Source: Candidatus Acetothermia bacterium (lineage in GTDB: Bacteria; Bipolaricaulota; Bipolaricaulia; M55B111). Taken from it: a stretch of 16,896 bases of DNA. The stretch is from NCBI GenBank assembly GCA_046543235.1, contig JBKGZT010000029.1, forward strand, positions 1 to 16,896, written 5' to 3'. Below, in pieces: positions 15,925-16,896 of this stretch. Each line of letters starts with the position of its first letter. Within the stretch, counting starts at the first letter, position 1. A program made the translations under genes and the position numbers. The notes under the pieces are model-generated. The model had not been told where the DNA came from, did not search any database, and worked only from the letters and a program-made list of their open reading frames with translations.

Positions 15925-16632
15925 ATGTCTCAACCCCCAGTAGTTTCCGTATACGGCAACTCGGATTCAGGCAAAACTGAGCTGGTAGTGGATTTGATTC
16001 AGGAATTCAAAGGGGACGGCCTGAAGGTATGTACGATCAAGCACAGCCCTTCGGAGGTTTCTCTGGACGAAGAAGGAAAGGACACCTGGCGCCATAGAGA
16101 AGGTGGAGCGGAACTGGTCGTCTTCTCAACGGAAGTCGAAACCGACTTCCTCTTTCCCAAAGAGCTGGCGATAGGTGATATTCTCGAGATGGTTGATAGG
16201 ATGGTCGATCCCGATCTGGTTATAGCGGAAGGGTACAAGGACGAAGACGTACCGAAGATAGCTGTGGGGGAAATCGACGAGAGGGAGAATACTCTGGATA
16301 GGTTTGACGGAAACCGGGCCAGGCTGAAGGAAGCCATAAGGCGGGAGATCGAGGTAAAAGCGATAGAGGAGGAGCTACCCGGCTTGGACTGTGGTAGGTG
16401 CGGCTACGCTAGCTGTAGAGAGCTTGCGGAGGCGATCCACGCGGGCGACAACGCCTTGGAAGACTGCGAAGTCAGGGAAGGGCGGTCCGTAATGCTGGAG
16501 GTAGACGGCGAGGAGATCCCTCTGGAGAACTTTCCGGCACTGATGCTCGAGGAAGGGTTGAAAGGCATGCTCAGGTCACTAAAGGGGGTAGACGGGGAAA
16601 TCGAAAGAATAGACCTGACGATCGACGGTTGA
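15925..16632 (+). CDS. mobB: molybdopterin-guanine dinucleotide biosynthesis protein B with C-terminal Fe-S domain
   Basis: Walker A GNSDSGKT, motifs IKH, D.EGKDTWRH..GA and DLVIAEGYK, then LPGLDCGRCGYASC...DC (four-Cys FeS motif). GGGAGGT SD. Confidence 0.9.
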   Translation: MSQPPVVSVYGNSDSGKTELVVDLIQEFKGDGLKVCTIKHSPSEVSLDEEGKDTWRHREGGAELVVFSTEVETDFLFPKELAIGDILEMVDRMVDPDLVIAEGYKDEDVPKIAVGEIDERENTLDRFDGNRARLKEAIRREIEVKAIEEELPGLDCGRCGYASCRELAEAIHAGDNALEDCEVREGRSVMLEVDGEEIPLENFPALMLEEGLKGMLRSLKGVDGEIERIDLTIDG

Positions 16633-16799
16633 GTTGGTTTTACACAGCTTAGAATTTGATCGCCGGCGAAAAGCTTTTTAGAAGGTACGGGGCCTTGACC
16701 GGGCTCGACGAGGTTGTATGGGATCCCCTTGTTGGGTTTATTGGTCGGCAGTAACGTCATCTTTAAGGGCGCAATATCTGATAAAAGACGGAGGAAGAA

Positions 16800-16896
16800 T
16801 TGGACCGCTTCGAACTCTTTCGGGCCGAGGTGGTGGAACGGGACAGCCGGGTTACGGTAATAGCTAGGAAGGGCCCCGAGAAGTTCCGTGCCCACC
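16800..16896 (+). CDS. 3'-truncated ORF, possibly SfsA-family nuclease / sugar fermentation stimulation protein
   Basis: GGAGG (16790-16794) followed by TTG gives MDRFELFRAEVVERDSRVTVIARKGPEKFRAH..., running off the window. The RxxR...AH spacing resembles the SfsA N-terminus, but only 32 codons are visible. Confidence 0.4.
   Translation, partial: MDRFELFRAEVVERDSRVTVIARKGPEKFRAH

Noticed and set aside
16404-16895. 163-aa minus-strand ORF
   Set aside because: It overlaps mobB antisense and has atypical composition. A plus-strand SD-led ORF from 16800 explains the end of the window better.
1-16896. CRISPR array, transposase or prophage genes, and the many other short antisense or alternative-frame ORFs
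   Set aside because: No regularly spaced repeats or mobile-element proteins were seen. The remaining listed ORFs lie within well-supported genes and read as shadow frames.

Overview
Chromosomal window from a bacterium (type A RNase P RNA, mraY, sigma70-like promoters, GGAGG Shine-Dalgarno sites). Its proteins are very acidic, which suggests a salt-in halophile; a Bipolaricaulota-like lineage is a tentative guess. Plus-strand left half: 5'-truncated putative outer-membrane beta-barrel, DUF368 protein, an Lrp/AsnC regulator fused to TrkA-C (RCK_C), a kdpFABC K+-ATPase operon ending in a tandem-USP (KdpQ-like) gene with no kdpDE in the window, and rnpB. Right half: mraY, gatA, a small ORF and trpB2 on the minus strand, a candidate structured ncRNA, tRNA-Ala(GGC), a long-form sugar-1-phosphate nucleotidyltransferase, a MobB-FeS protein and the start of a possible SfsA. 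Most notable observations: (1) a haloarchaeal-style, KdpDE-less kdp locus flanked by two candidate one-component regulators; (2) a promoter, Trp-containing leader peptide, rut-like tract and SD-occluding hairpin upstream of trpB2; (3) an RNase P RNA with a ~110-nt P12, an extended P8 and no P18; (4) a probable ATC start codon for gatA; (5) C33 in tRNA-Ala; (6) an unassigned ~90-nt structured RNA with partial resemblance to SRP helix 8. All calls were made by eye, without database searches.
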